Assembly (NCBI GenBank): GCA_016748015.1
Contig: JAAOMT010000553.1
Coordinates: 152,923-216,922 of the forward strand
Direction of reading: 5' to 3'
DNA length: 64,000 bases
Source of the DNA: Geosiphon pyriformis uo1
Lineage: Eukaryota; Fungi; Glomeromycota
The notes under the pieces were generated by a model. The model was not told the origin of the DNA. It made no database searches and saw only the letters and a list, made by a program, of their open reading frames with translations. Positions 13,756 to 26,930 of this stretch are shown one piece after another; the first letter of the stretch is position 1, and each line of letters begins with the position of its first letter. The position numbers and the translations under genes are program-made.

Positions 13756-16525
13756 ATGTTTCGACTTTTACTTAATCTTATTGGGGTCATTTTGCTCGTG
13801 ATATTATGTGTCAATAACATGGTTGATGGGTTCTCAACAAATGCTTATAAAGTCGTAGAAGATTGTATCAAGGCAACCGAGGCGGATATTGTTTTACCAA
13901 ATGATCCTCTTTATTTTGACGCTAGTGCCGGTGAAAGGATAAGGTTATTTTTGTTTGAAAACTTTTCCTTTTCATAAACCAGTGAAAGTTTTGATTGACT
14001 CAAACATTTTGTATTGGAAACGCGGGTTTCTTTTAGAATTAAAACCGAGCCTAAAGCCATCAGTTACCCAAAAAACGCTACACAAGTATCATGGTTGGTT
14101 CAGTGCTCCATAAAATTCAACGTGCCTCCAGTTCCGAGGAACGGTGGACACAGGTAAGAAAGTGGCATCAGCATTTTATTGGTTGATCACAAACACATAC
14201 CATAGATTATATTGATTGGCAATATGATTTCCTAAAATGATCAACATGATTCTTATCCAACAAATCACTAATACAAAATTTCCTATTACAGCTCTGAGGG
14301 ATACTCGTCAGTGAACGGCTCGCTTGTTATCGATATTAGCTATCTCGACTGGGTAAACGTAGATAAATCTTCATCTGTAGCTGTTGTCGGTGGTGGTATT
14401 CGCCTTGGACCCTTATATATTAAATTAGATCAGGCTGGGTACACCATTGTTTCCGGTTTACACCCTACAGTCGGCTTATCAGGAATCATTGCCGTTGGAG
14501 GTTGGGGTTTACAATCACGAAAATATGGTGTCACTGGTGATTTAGTATTAGAAGCTGAAGTCGTTACTTCAGATGGCAACCTAATTACTGTTAATGCAAC
14601 AGCATATGACGATTTATTCTGGGCTCTTCGAGGTGGTGGTGGTGGTCTCTATGGGATTGTAACACAATGGAAATTAAGTTTAATTCCTGCTTGGAGGAAT
14701 GTTACAGTTTGGCACATTGGTTATCCACAGAAAGTTGTTGACAAAGCAATAGCCCTTTGGTCAAGTTGGTCTTGGGGAGAACGCGATGATATGACCACAA
14801 CACTTACTATTGCTCACGATTCACTTACAGGCAGTGAACATGATTACGGTATAAAAATCCGGGGTCATTTCTTGGGTTCTCCGGATGAAGCGAGAAATAT
14901 CGCCGACACATCCGGAATTGAAAGTGTTACACCAGAAGCTTGTATCGAAATATTAACATGTGATAATCTTCAAGCACGAGCATTTTTTCTGGGTGATGTT
15001 TTTAGTTGTGGACGTGTTGATCTGTTGAATATCGGCACTAAACCATACGCCTCCATTAATGAATCATTAAGTCTTGCTGAATCCTTCACTAGTAGCACAA
15101 ATATAACAACAACTTACTCTGCAACATGGAATGGTGCAGCCGGTAATGTAACTGTCGGTATAATTCAAGGATATAACCCTGGACCCTTACAAATTCGAGA
15201 ACTTCAAAAAACCAAATCAATCTTTTTCAGCTCAGGGTTTACCTCTGACCAAATCAAAATCATCGTGGAAATATTGAAAACTTTACCTCTAGGCGCATTT
15301 TTACAATTTGAATCATATGGTGGAATTTTGGGTCGACAAAATATCGATTACACAGCTTTCCGTCATCGAAGAAACACCGCTTTCCATGTGCAAATTAATG
15401 TCGCACTTACGGGAAACGCTGCAAAGGACGCCGTTATTTTGGCGTGGCTTAATAGATGGGATACTGAAGTTCGTGTATTTTCCAATAGCTATTCATATGC
15501 GGTATGTTTATGAATTTACTCACTTCTAATATTGACGTGAAAATTTTTTTTTTAAACAACTAATGAGTTTCAATCATAAATACATTTATTTCCAATTGCA
15601 ATAGGGGTATGTTGATGCTGATCTTGAAGGCATTCACTTTTTTGGCACATCATCATCATCCAGCTCCTCTTTGGACGGTTCAGCAAATAATAATAGTGGT
15701 TCAGCTTCAGGGACTAGTAATGGAAACACAAATAGCAATAGTGGTAACGGCTCAGCTTCAGGGACTAATAATGGAAACACAAATAGCAATAGTGGTAACG
15801 GCTCAGCTTCAGGGACTAATAATGGAAACACAAATAGCAATAGTGGTAACGGCTCAGCTTCAGGGACTAATAATGGAAACACAAATAGCAATAGTGGTAA
15901 CGGCTCAGCTTCAGGGACTAATAATGGAAACACAAATAGCAATAGTGGTAACGGCTCAGCTTCAGGGACTAATAATGGAAACACAAATAGCAATAGTGGT
16001 AACGGCTCAGCTTCAGGGACTAATAATGGAAACACAAATAGCAATAGTGGTAACGGCTCAGCTTCAGGGACTAATAATGGAAACACAAATAGCAATAGTG
16101 GTAGCGGCTCAGCTACCAATGGCAACGCTAATGGCTTAAATTCGGGCAACTCTACAAGCTCCTCATCCTCATCCTCCTCATCCTCCTCCTCCTCCTTCTC
16201 ATCCTCCTCCTCCTCTTCCTCCTCTTCCTCCTCCTCCTCGTCATCAAGCTCAAGCTCCAGCTCTTCATCTTCCTCTTCCTCTTCAAATGCCATGCAATTT
16301 TATTTCGGTGAAAATCTTCCTCGGTTGAAGATCATTAAAGCGAAATACGACTCTGGAAACCGTTTCACTAATGGTTTGTTTCAATCACTTATAAATCCTT
16401 CGTGTAATTGCACTGACGTTCAAGGACCTGGTGTAAGATCAGATGCTGCTATTTTAACTATTCAGAATTTGAGTTTGTTATCAGTTTTCTGGGCTACTCT
16501 TTCCTTGGTAATGTTTATTGTCTGA
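13756..16525 (+). CDS. Secreted FAD-linked oxidoreductase (BBE-like/VAO family, AA7-like), probably GPI-anchored; exons 13756-13943, 14037-14153, 14292-15501, 15605-16525
   Basis: Signal peptide; RNGGHS FAD-His motif; PTVGLSG..GGWG; DLFWALRGGGGG; BBE C-terminal motifs YAGYVDADL and YFGENLPRLKIIKAKYD..NRF; hydrophobic C-terminus after 'RSDA'. The GT-AG introns keep the frame. Confidence 0.9.
15698..16105 (+). repeat. Coding 51-bp tandem repeat x8 (GSASGTNNGNTNSNSGN), followed by a poly-Ser tract (~16150-16285)
   Basis: Period 51 (tcagcttcagg at 15701, 15752, ... 16058); the copies are nearly identical. Confidence 0.95.
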
Positions 16526-17152
16526 TTAAATTGTGACAGATGCTTGTAAAAAGAAACCCTTTTAAATAATAGAACCACAGAGAAAGGAGGATACGATGGG
16601 AATCTTGAGTGCGGGAAAAATCAAACATGAGATCTGGCAAAAGATGAATTTAGATCAAATGTCCGAGAAATTAGGTGATGTGCGAAACTTGGAGACAAAA
16701 CTTTAATTTTTTAAATTCATCAAAAGACAATTTATTTCTGTCAAACATAATTTCTTTGCAAAAATGATTCAAGCGCAATTCGATGTAAAGTATTTTTGAA
16801 CAATGAGATCTACAATACTACCAGCTTCATATAATTGTGGATTTAATAATAAGCAATTATAAGTTAAAGATTTAAAATAAACAAATTAATAAAGTTGTTG
16901 ACTTGGGCTTATATTATTTCGTTGAATTGGATTGGTCTTTCAAAAAAAGTGATGAGTTAAAATCAATAGATCTCAAATTCCTCTGAGGAATTGATACGCT
17001 AAACGTAATTGATAACTTTGAAATATTTTTGGGATTTGAAAATTTGCAGTTTTTCCTATTCGAATTATTTGTTTTTTCATAAATATCAAGATGATCTTGG
17101 GAGAAGGAATCCTGTGCAAATTATATTTAATCCGAAACTTATTGAATCTTGA

Positions 17153-17197
17153 CCAATCATAGTCAGTTCGAGATCTAGGAGACGATTAGTGACGTCA
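17153..17197 (+). promoter_or_regulatory. CCAAT box and perfect CRE/ATF palindrome TGACGTCA upstream of the Myb/SANT gene
   Basis: Motif match only (CCAAT 17153-17157, TGACGTCA 17190-17197), about 260-300 bp before the ATG. Confidence 0.3.
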
Positions 17198-17452
17198 TAT
17201 ATCCTCGAAAAGACTACCGGCTTGTTTATCAAATAAGGAATATGATATAGAAGGCCGCTTCAGTCTGGGATTCGGATTAACAGTCCGGATTTGGCATCTC
17301 CCTTCTATGTTGCTTCACACCAAGTCTTTCTCTGCAACCTCTGTATATTGAAAAACTACTACAGCGAAGTTCGAACCGTCTCTCGCTCAAATCCCAAATC
17401 CAGTCCAGACCTCAGGCTTCTATTCGTGCTACGTTAAAGTCGGTGTCGATAG

Positions 17453-19254
17453 ATGGCAACAACACCCCAACGCATTGTCTGGGAAGATGAAGCAACCAAA
17501 TGTCTGATTGAGGCTCGAAGACATGCCGACGCCGAGTTTCGTGCCAATAAAAGGACGAAACCTATTTGGGAGCGAGTAGCACAATATTTGAACGCAAAGG
17601 GACACTTCTTTACCTTTCATCAATGTCATGTGAAATGGAAGAATTTGTTGCGTGATTACCGGGTAAGAAGAAAAATCATTTCGCTTGTTTAGCTGCAAAG
17701 GACAGGTTCAAACGAAGCAAAGCGAGATATTCGGACATCTTTCAGGGATTTGGAAAATTCAATGGGGAACTTTATGAAATTTGAGAAATTAATAAACTTT
17801 CAAAAATCTTCACCTCGAATTCTTTGAACAGCTCACCAAACAGCATAATGCCAATAATCCTAATGAATCTAAAGAAATGCAAGCTGGACCTGGCTTTCTG
17901 GGATTGATGGATGAATTTCTAGGTAGGGATTTCCAATCATTTTTGTAATTATCTCAAGTGTTGGCCCCCGATCGCTCGCGTTCGAATTGGATTCAAAACT
18001 GGATTATGTTTCGCTTCGTTGGCGTCAAAGTCACCAACGAACCTAACACCGTTTTAATCTGGTTTGATCTCAAGTCGATCCTAGTCTTGAACCTTGGACG
18101 TGCGAAACTTTTTCTAATTTACTTTAGCAAATAAATTTCCTCAAAACTCTGCTTTCATTTAATGCAAACATTCTTTATCAAAAAATTTCTTTTATCTGTA
18201 ATTTAGGCAACTTGAATCACTTTTTAAATCTTTTCATTACAAATGTCAATTTTTCACTTTTTATTTATATTTTGATCTCTTGGAATTCCACCTTTATATA
18301 TTTTTTATTATCTTAGGATATTTTCAGCAAAGATTTTTACCATTTAATCCAGATATGAAACTTTTGAAGGGTTTGTTATAAATTAGGTGTTTTCTTCGAA
18401 TATCTGCTCGCTTTTTTCGTTACTTCTAATAGCTCAACTTTACGAATAATATTTATGGTTCAAGGTAAATCCTTTTATCAACCATTTAAAAAAAATTACT
18501 GTCAATATATTCCCAGAATTTATTTATTTCCTTTGACTAAATCTAGCTTGCTTCGCTTTAAATATTTTCTTATTTCGACCATCACAAAAATTCAAAAATG
18601 CATTCAATTTTGATCCTTCTTCACCAAATAGTTGTTATTTTTCAGGTTTCTCCTGTCCAAAATTCTTCATGTTTGATCCCCTTTACTAAATCAATTTTAA
18701 TTGTCAATCTATGATTTAAAGAAACGAATTCCCCGACAGTGAATCCTTCGATATGGCCTCATGAGGATCAACCATCACCAGACCTCGGTAATCTTGTTAT
18801 TCCATCAGATGCAATAATTACCCGACCACCATCTACGACACCCCCTCAACTGGTGCCATTGGCTGCGTCCAATACCATCACCATCACTCCCAATTCAAGC
18901 CCTACTGCTAATAAGTCAGGTACTCGTAAAAGAGTACCTATAGTCCCACATCCTATGCCATCAACGTTTTCACAACCTCTTATGTGTGTCAGCATTCATA
19001 CTAAGAAGAAGTCACCCTATAAATCAAATGTAATTGTCACTAAAGGAATGACTTTTGAAGAATTGCTGAATCACGTGTTTCCCAACGGACCGCCCGTTGG
19101 GAAACGATTTGTGACCAGAACAGCACTCGACGACAGTGGCAAAGAATATTTACCAAATCAATCTGTTGACCAACTTATCGGGGGGATAAATGGACATGCG
19201 GATTTGTGGGTTGGTGTAGAAGATGACAATGTAAATTATGATGAGCTGTTTTGA
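17453..19254 (+). CDS. Myb/SANT-like (trihelix GT-1 type) DNA-binding protein, 277 aa; exons 17453-17662, 17832-17922, 18722-19254
   Basis: 'WEDEATKCLIEARR...F...KPIWERVAQYL...FTFHQCHVKWKNLLRDYR...F..LMDEFL' is the typical pattern. Splice phases (0, 1) join in frame to ORF 18739-19254. Confidence 0.85.
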
Positions 19255-19469
19255 ATTGGATTCGTAATTTAACCAAGGTTATCACAGTTCCCTGGGATCA
19301 TAAATTAATTTTTGGAAGTTTTATTTCAAGAGAGCAAAAAATATTGTTCGCATCACATACAAACATAATTAACTTTTCATGAGAGGACAAGAATATCGTT
19401 TCTCTGTAAGCAGAGTAGAATTTATTTTTCATATATATTTATCTATTCGCTCATCAACTTTTGCGAATT

Positions 19470-19475
<6 letters not shown>

Positions 19476-19500
<25 letters not shown>
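19476..19500. repeat. (TA)n microsatellite between convergent genes
   Basis: Directly visible. Confidence 0.9.
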
Positions 19501-19504
<4 letters not shown>

Positions 19505-19632
19505 ATTGTTTTTTATATAACCACAGTTGAATCATAACAAAAGTACAAAATTTACTATTAATTATATTGGGAAAAGGATGTAATTGTGTTTTGTTTATGC
19601 TTTGCGAATTGTTGGTTGTTTTATTTGAAATG

Positions 19633-22630
19633 CTACCGTTTACTATTGAGTTCTACTACAAAATGATTTGAATGTTCATTTAATTTAAAATCATTATTAG
19701 AATTAATAATCGTTGGGGTCGTCGTGGTATTCAAGCACCCAGAACCATCGTGGTTTTTTTCATCTTCTTCCGAAATCAATCTTTCGTTGCCTTGTACTAT
19801 TTCTTGTGGATCAGAAGAAGATTCCATTCTTTCCAACTTTTTCACACCAATAATTGTGTTCGGATCAGGGTACGACCGTGGTGGTGGTATAGGTAAATCT
19901 TCAATTCGTACCTCGATACCCAGAGATATTTTTGACTCATTTTCGTCATCTTCAAGGTTATTATCGTAATTGTTTGTATACGTATCCGTATATGATGATG
20001 TGTCTTGATTCATTGTGTTCTCAAATTGGCTACTTTCATCATGATTTTTAATTTTATTACTTTTACTCTCACTAATATTGTTGTTATTATTGACATAACC
20101 ATCATCGGCTAATTCAATGAAAACAGACGGAATTGGCATTGATCCAGAAAATGGAAGTGATGTTACAGAAGGTCCCGATGATATATCTTCTGCCGTTTCG
20201 GTGGTAACCATTATTGAATCGCAATCATCCTTGTTCGTTTTACCGGGGGGTTTTTGATGCTGATATTGTGGTTCTTTAGTTTTTATTTGTGTTGATTGAG
20301 TATCAAATAATTTTAATTTATGATCTTTTGCTTTATGAGAGATTGTAATATTTTTTTCGTTGAAGTTTCCATTTATGGGTATGTAAGCAGAATCCCTAGA
20401 TTTTTTATCAACATTCTCAACAACAATATCATCAACATTGTCATCAATATCAGTTAACTTGCTAAATCGTTCCGTGAAAGCTGTGGTCATATTTTTCAAG
20501 GGTTGTGAGAAATCATTGGGGATATCTGATAAAGTAGTTTTTGGCAGTGGCATTGATGATGATCGACGATGATGACGATAATCTCGGTTATTCGGTTGAT
20601 ACACATGTGGTAGGGTTGAATTATCCGGAATTGATTCAACTCCTGCTATTGATATTCCAGGATCAGATCCAAAAATTGTATTTCCTACTGGTTTTCCTCG
20701 CCCCTCACTCGCAAACTCCCGTTGATGTCGTAATCCACTCCCACGCCAAGGTCTGGTCGGGAATGTGCCAACCATAGGACTCAAATTCGAGCCATTAGAT
20801 GACATAGACCATTGATAGCGATGTTGATTAAACCTATGTGACAATGGTTCGATTTCTTGTGCGCTTGAAATCGAGTATGGTCGTGGATTATTGTTAGATA
20901 CAATTGAGGGAGGATAGTGTGATCCGTTCCAGATACCAGGAAGACGAGTGTGTCTTCCAAAAGATTGTAATGATCCGAGTGAACGTATTGATTGTTGTGG
21001 AGTGTTGGAGTTTGTAGAGATGTCATAGGTTGCAGCTTGATCTGCTAGAGCAACAATATGACTATTTCGTGAGGGTAAGGAAACGAGCGAATCACCAGTT
21101 GAATTAACCATTAAAGCGAATGTGGCAGTGCCGAATATGATTGGAAAGAGAAGAAGCCAAAATAAACCGAATAAAATATTGATAGTATAATTCGAATGTA
21201 TTTCGGTGCGAGCAAAGATATAGATAAATGAGATCAATGCTAAGGAAATGAGGGTTATCGAAAGTGTAAAGATTTCTTTCTTTACCTATGATCAAAGAAA
21301 TGGGAATTAATAATAATAATAATAACTTTGATTTTTATAATTAAATTATTCTCAAACTCACTTTGACCATATCCTCCTTCACCTGCTCCACTTTAATCTC
21401 CTCATTCGATGCGTTTGATTGTAAAGTCGAACGTTTTACATTCCTAAAATGATTCTCGACACTTCCTCCCAATCGATTACTGAAATAAATCAATGCACCC
21501 GTCAATAAAACCAAATAAAAACACCAGAACCCATATCGAGCCTGACGATAAAATTTGGCGGTGGTAGCGTCCCCTTTGTTGGCGAAATGACCACTGAGAA
21601 AGGCAAATAGATTTAATGTGATTATCGGGGCAACGATAAGGAATAAGGTGAAAAGGTCGATCAGAAAAGGGGATGGGGTCCAGGTTTTGACAAAGCTTGT
21701 CGCGGAATTGAATGGATAATTAAGGGAGCGTGGGATTAAGTACGTTAGGCCAATTCTACAAGAAATGGTGGGAGGTTAAAAAAAGAGAGACGAATGACAG
21801 GATTAGGATTTTGTCGAGATTTTAAACAAAAATCTAGAGATGACTACTTACAGGTAACATAAAATACCCCAAAATGCAAATTGCCAGCCAATTTCAAACA
21901 TCACTTTTTATAAATTTCGGAATAATTTAAATAGATCAATAATTTGGTTTCAAGTTCATATAGAATTTCCGAATGTTTCAAATTTTGCATGAATTTACAT
22001 ACACTCCATGAGAACATAATTTTTCATTGAATTTGAAACAATTAAAAGGCTATCAATTCCCTGTACTGTTGATAACAAACATTCCATGAGTTGATAAATT
22101 CGAGTAAGAATTACATTAATTTCATTAAAAAAGAGCAAAAAAATACTCACCTAAACAATAGATAGCTGTTAAGAGTAAAAACATCTTTTCGATTGTTGAT
22201 CCGGGTTTGAAAAAGGGACAAAGTATTAATAATAAAATTTCAATTTTGGTTTCTAATCAAAAAAGTAAATTCTCCATCATCCCACCCTATATGCACTTAT
22301 CCCGTCTCACTTAATAAGACTGACCTCAACAGGCTTAGGCCTAATATAACCCACATCACTGGCTTTAACAATCCATAAGGTTTGCTGCTTCTTCTTTATT
22401 CGATACACCAAAGTCACCAATTCACAAATAGCAACGAAAAAATTGGTACAAGCGATTAATATGTACAAATTTCGCCACATATCTCGTTCATCCCGATCTC
22501 CACAATTTTGGATTAATAGACGAAAATCGCAAGCGCATGAATAGCTATGGGTCGATCGAGTGATGCATGGTAAGGATGAAGTTGTTGGGATGTAGATTTT
22601 TGTCCAGTTTGGGGTATGGGTCGTTGACAT
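19633..22630 (-). CDS. Seven-transmembrane (GPCR-like topology) protein with a long disordered C-terminal tail, 6 exons
   Basis: Manual splicing (exon 1 22630-22325, exon 2 22184-22151, short exons near 22.0 and 21.87 kb, exon ~21755-21362, last exon from ~21285) gives an open frame with 7 hydrophobic segments, an N-terminal C..CACD..C cluster and a ~490-aa Ser/Asn/Asp-rich tail. Confidence 0.8.
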
Positions 22631-23502
22631 TTAATGAGGTCTTTTGATATTAAATTTACAAGGTGAGAACTTATTTAACAATCCTGATTTGGTTTCAAAC
22701 CTGTTCGCTTGGAGAAAATACTAGTTACTGAACTTTTTAGAAAAAGAGTACAAAATCAAGAATTCGAGGTTCGAGGTCTCAGGTCAATTTTTAATTTTTT
22801 GATATTTCGATTTGATTCAATTTGTGAAAAAGATGTATTTCATTGAACTTTCTAAACTTTCATTCATTAATTGATGGTTTTCAACCGTTTTGGACAGGGG
22901 AACAAGTAATTACCTAGTGTCACAACTATTGCTAAAACTAAAGAAAGGGTAAGATAAATTAAAAGGTAGAGAGACAAACTCGGAAAACGAGGATAATATG
23001 TAATGTCTGAAAATATATGTATTTTGGAAACGAATATAAATATTGTTTACCCAAAAAACTAAAATAGGTGATTTTTGTCTTTCTTTACGATCACATGGTA
23101 CTTTAAATCACTGCTACTTCTTGTAACTGAGACAACAATCGTGTGAATCTTGCAGCAACTAACCGTGTCCTCTGGATCTTTTTGTGTCTGAAAAGGATTT
23201 TATCTTCGGTTGTAGTTTGCGAAATGTTGAAATATGCTTTGTAAATGAAAAGAAGATATTGGTGAGCTTTCCCCCTTGACTTTTAAGGTAGGGGCTGAAT
23301 ATTTAAGAAAACTCGAGTTGAATTCGAAAAAGAAGCAAACGCTAAACTAACTAAAGTGGTAAAAGAAATTTAAAAACTCTAAAAGGAAATGTTTTGGAAT
23401 TAGCCTAAAAACGGTTAACTTTCAATAGGCAACTATAACGAGGAATTTCATGAATTCATCTCCTTATTCCAAGATTCATGTGATATAATTAGTTAGAAGA
23501 GT

Positions 23503-23530
23503 CGTTTGTTTGTTTGTTTGTTTGTTTGTT
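23503..23530. repeat. (GTTT)n microsatellite
   Basis: Directly visible. Confidence 0.9.
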
Positions 23531-26104
23531 CGTTGTCTGTGAATGGGAAGACTGGGAAAATTTAAAGTGAATGAATCCCATCAATAATCTCCCGAGGAAA
23601 AAAAATGTGACTTTCTGATTCCTGCCTATAGGTTCTGTTTTTGCGGTTGTGTATTGATATTATGTGATTTATAAGATAAATGATGTTACTACCAAAGTTC
23701 AGGATTAATTGTTACCCATCATCACCTGTGCGCACATAAATTATGAATTAAGAAAATCAAAGAATTTGCTTTTCCTTATTTGTATTTGGCCTCAATAGTG
23801 CTAGCTTGATTTTTTTTGCCTTATCTGGCAGCTAGATGTCTTTTAAAAATGGTATGATGCGGTGTTAATATTCGAACCAATTTAAACAATGCATGTGTCT
23901 TTTTATTTTTTATGCTGGTAAACATAGATTTATGTGTGTTTGGATTTTTTAATTTGTTAATTAATAAATTACAATTTAGCAAATTGTTATGTTAATCAAA
24001 AAAAAATTATTTAATTTAACCTGCAACTTAAAGTTATCATTTTTATTTGTATAAAAACTTGATCAAATATTCATAATAAAATTAATATTAACAATAAAAT
24101 TAAGAAAATACAAATTTGTGATAAAATACTAATATATTTTTTAAAATTTTGATTATATATAATTTTATAATATTACAAAATAATTAATAAGATGAAGATT
24201 AATTAAATACAAATTGTATTTTGATTATTCAGTTTATAATAATTATTAATTAATCTTTTAAAAAAATATTAATTATGTTTACTAACTTTTTTAATCAGAA
24301 AATATATAATAAAAACATAATTAAATTAAAGAAATTTTTAAGTATTTTAGTGTTTTAATTGGTTTAGATAAAATAACCTTAACAATATCTACGAATAATT
24401 TACTTAAAAACTTTAATATAAATAATATAATAGATAAAACTGCTGTTTATAATAATGATTTTAAAATAAATATAAGTATAAAAACACAAAAATTAATGTT
24501 TTTAATTTTTGCTAGATTATATGTTATTGCTTTTATTTTAAATATAGTGTTAATATTAAGTATATAAAATTTATAACACATTATTAAACTGTTATCAATA
24601 TATGTAATTCTGTTTTGATTAGTTTTAAATTAAACTTTAAAAACAAATATTAAATAAATTAAAATTAAAAATTATTTTAATATATTAAAAAATAAAATTA
24701 CAAATATATTAATTAATAAAATTTTTGGTTTTAAATTTTAATTATAACTTAAAATTTGTATATATTTATAATTTTAAAACTATTTTTCAAATTATTTAAT
24801 TAATGATTTAAATATTTAGCAATATTTTAATTTTTTGTTCTAAATCTTTTTAAAAATTTAAATATTAATTTTTTAAGTTTGTAATATTATAATAAGATTT
24901 TATTACCATTTATTTTTTAAATTAGTTTTAAGTTTTTTAAAACTAAATTATTTAAAATTATTTATATTATATTAATATTTTTTTAATTTTTATAAACTTT
25001 TTTAGAACTTTTAATATATTTACAAATATAAAATTCTTAAATTTAATTTAAATTAATTTAAAAATAAATTTATATTATATTTTTATTATTTTGTTTTTTA
25101 ATTAACATAAATATATAATATTATTATAATTATTATTGTTTTACAATTTGTATTAAAAAGCTTTTTAAAATTATTAAATCTATATTAATTATTATTTTAA
25201 AAAAATTTTTGTTTATAAAATATAATTAATAAGTTTTTATGCATTTTCAATTATTTTATATTTATTTACAAATAATGGGTTAAATAAAATATTATATAAG
25301 TTTAAAAGCTTGAATTTTATTAAACTGTTAATTTTTATTTAAATTATTACATAATAATTGTAATTTAACATATATATAATATTATTATTACTTTGTTTTA
25401 TCTATATTAACTTTTTTTAAATAATATAATATATATATTTAAAATTTTACTTTTAATTTTATTTTTAAACAAAAGTTAAATATTTATTAATTTATTCTTA
25501 ATTTTTATAATTTTGTTTACATACTTAGATAATTTATTTATAATATTTTTAGTATTTATTATTTAAAATAAAAATCTTAATATTATTAAATCTGTTTTTA
25601 ATTTATAATTTAATATTATTTTAAAAAATTGTTAAATCAACCAAACTATAACACATAATATTAATATATATAGAATTTTAATATTTATTTATTAGTATTT
25701 CTAATAAATATTAGTTAAATTAAAATAAAAAATAATTTTTTATTATGTTTTAAATAATTTATAGTGTTTTATAATTAAAAAACACTTTGTTGTAAACAAT
25801 TATAATATTTATTAATATGTTTTTATATACAATTAAATTTGGAATAATCTATACTAAGATAATTTATAACTTGTAATAAGCCAAAGTATTTTGAATCTAC
25901 TAATTTGGTAATTAAAAAATTCTTATGTTTATAATTTATATTTATAATACCTAATAATCCATAACTTTTTACTGTCAATATAAATTATTTCAGATGCTAA
26001 ATTTGGTTTAAATTCTGTTAATTTTGGTAAAATTGCAGTAAAACAAACCAATATTTATATGACTAAAAATACTATATAATAATATAATATTACTTATTTA
26101 ACAG

Positions 26105-26930
26105 AATAATTATTAATTATATAAGTAATTAAGTTAAAGTTTTGAATTGTCTCAAGTTTTAAATTATTATCAATTATAAAAGTAATTAAGTCAAAGTTTT
26201 GAATTGTTTCAAGTTTTAAATTATTACTAATCTTATAAATAATTAAGTCATAGTTTCAAATTGTTCCAAGATTTAAAATATAATTAATTATATAAGTAAT
26301 TAAGTCAGAGTTTCAAATTGTTTTAAGTTCTAAATTATTATTAATTGTATGAATAATCAAGTCAGAGTTTTGAATTGTTCTAAGTTTTAAATTATTACTA
26401 ATCTTGTAAATAATTAAATTAAAGTTTTGTATTGTTTTAAGTTTTAAATTATTACTAATCTTGTAAATAATTAAGTTAAAGTTTTAAATTATTATTAATT
26501 ATATAAATAATTAAGTCAGAGTTTTAAATTGTCTTAAGTTCTAAATTATCATTAATTATATAAGTAATCAAGTTAAAATTTTGAATTGTTCTAAGTTCTA
26601 AATTATCATTAATTATATAAGTAATCAAATCAGAGTTTTGAATTGTTTAAAGTTCTAAATTATTATTAATTGTATAAGTAATTAAGTTGAAGTTTCAAAT
26701 TGTCTTAAATTCTAAATTATTATTAATTGTATAAGTAATCAAGTTAGAGTTTTAAATTGTTTCAAGCTCTAAATTATTATTAATTGTATAAGTAATTAAA
26801 TTAGAGTTTTAAATTGTTTTAAGCTCTAAATTATTATTAATTATATGAGTAATTAAATTAAAGTTTTGAATTGTTTCAAGTTTTAAATTATTATCAATTA
26901 TATGAATAATTAAGTCGAATTTTTGGATTA
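26105..26930. repeat. 57-bp minisatellite, about 14 degenerate copies
   Basis: The 'aagtaattaagt' motif recurs at 26123, 26180, 26237, 26294 and onward; one unit is truncated near 26480. Confidence 0.9.

Noticed and set aside
15609-16293. Alternative-frame and antisense ORFs (176 aa and 219 aa) over the 51-bp repeat
   Set aside because: By-products of a stop-free tandem repeat. Only the 15671 frame links the BBE motifs.
17705-18025. Short complementary segments in the introns flanking Myb exon 2 (aacgaagcaaa / tttcgcttcgtt)
   Set aside because: Only about 11 imperfect bp, compatible with chance.
26105-26930. CRISPR array
   Set aside because: Contiguous tandem units without unique spacers; eukaryotic context; no cas genes.
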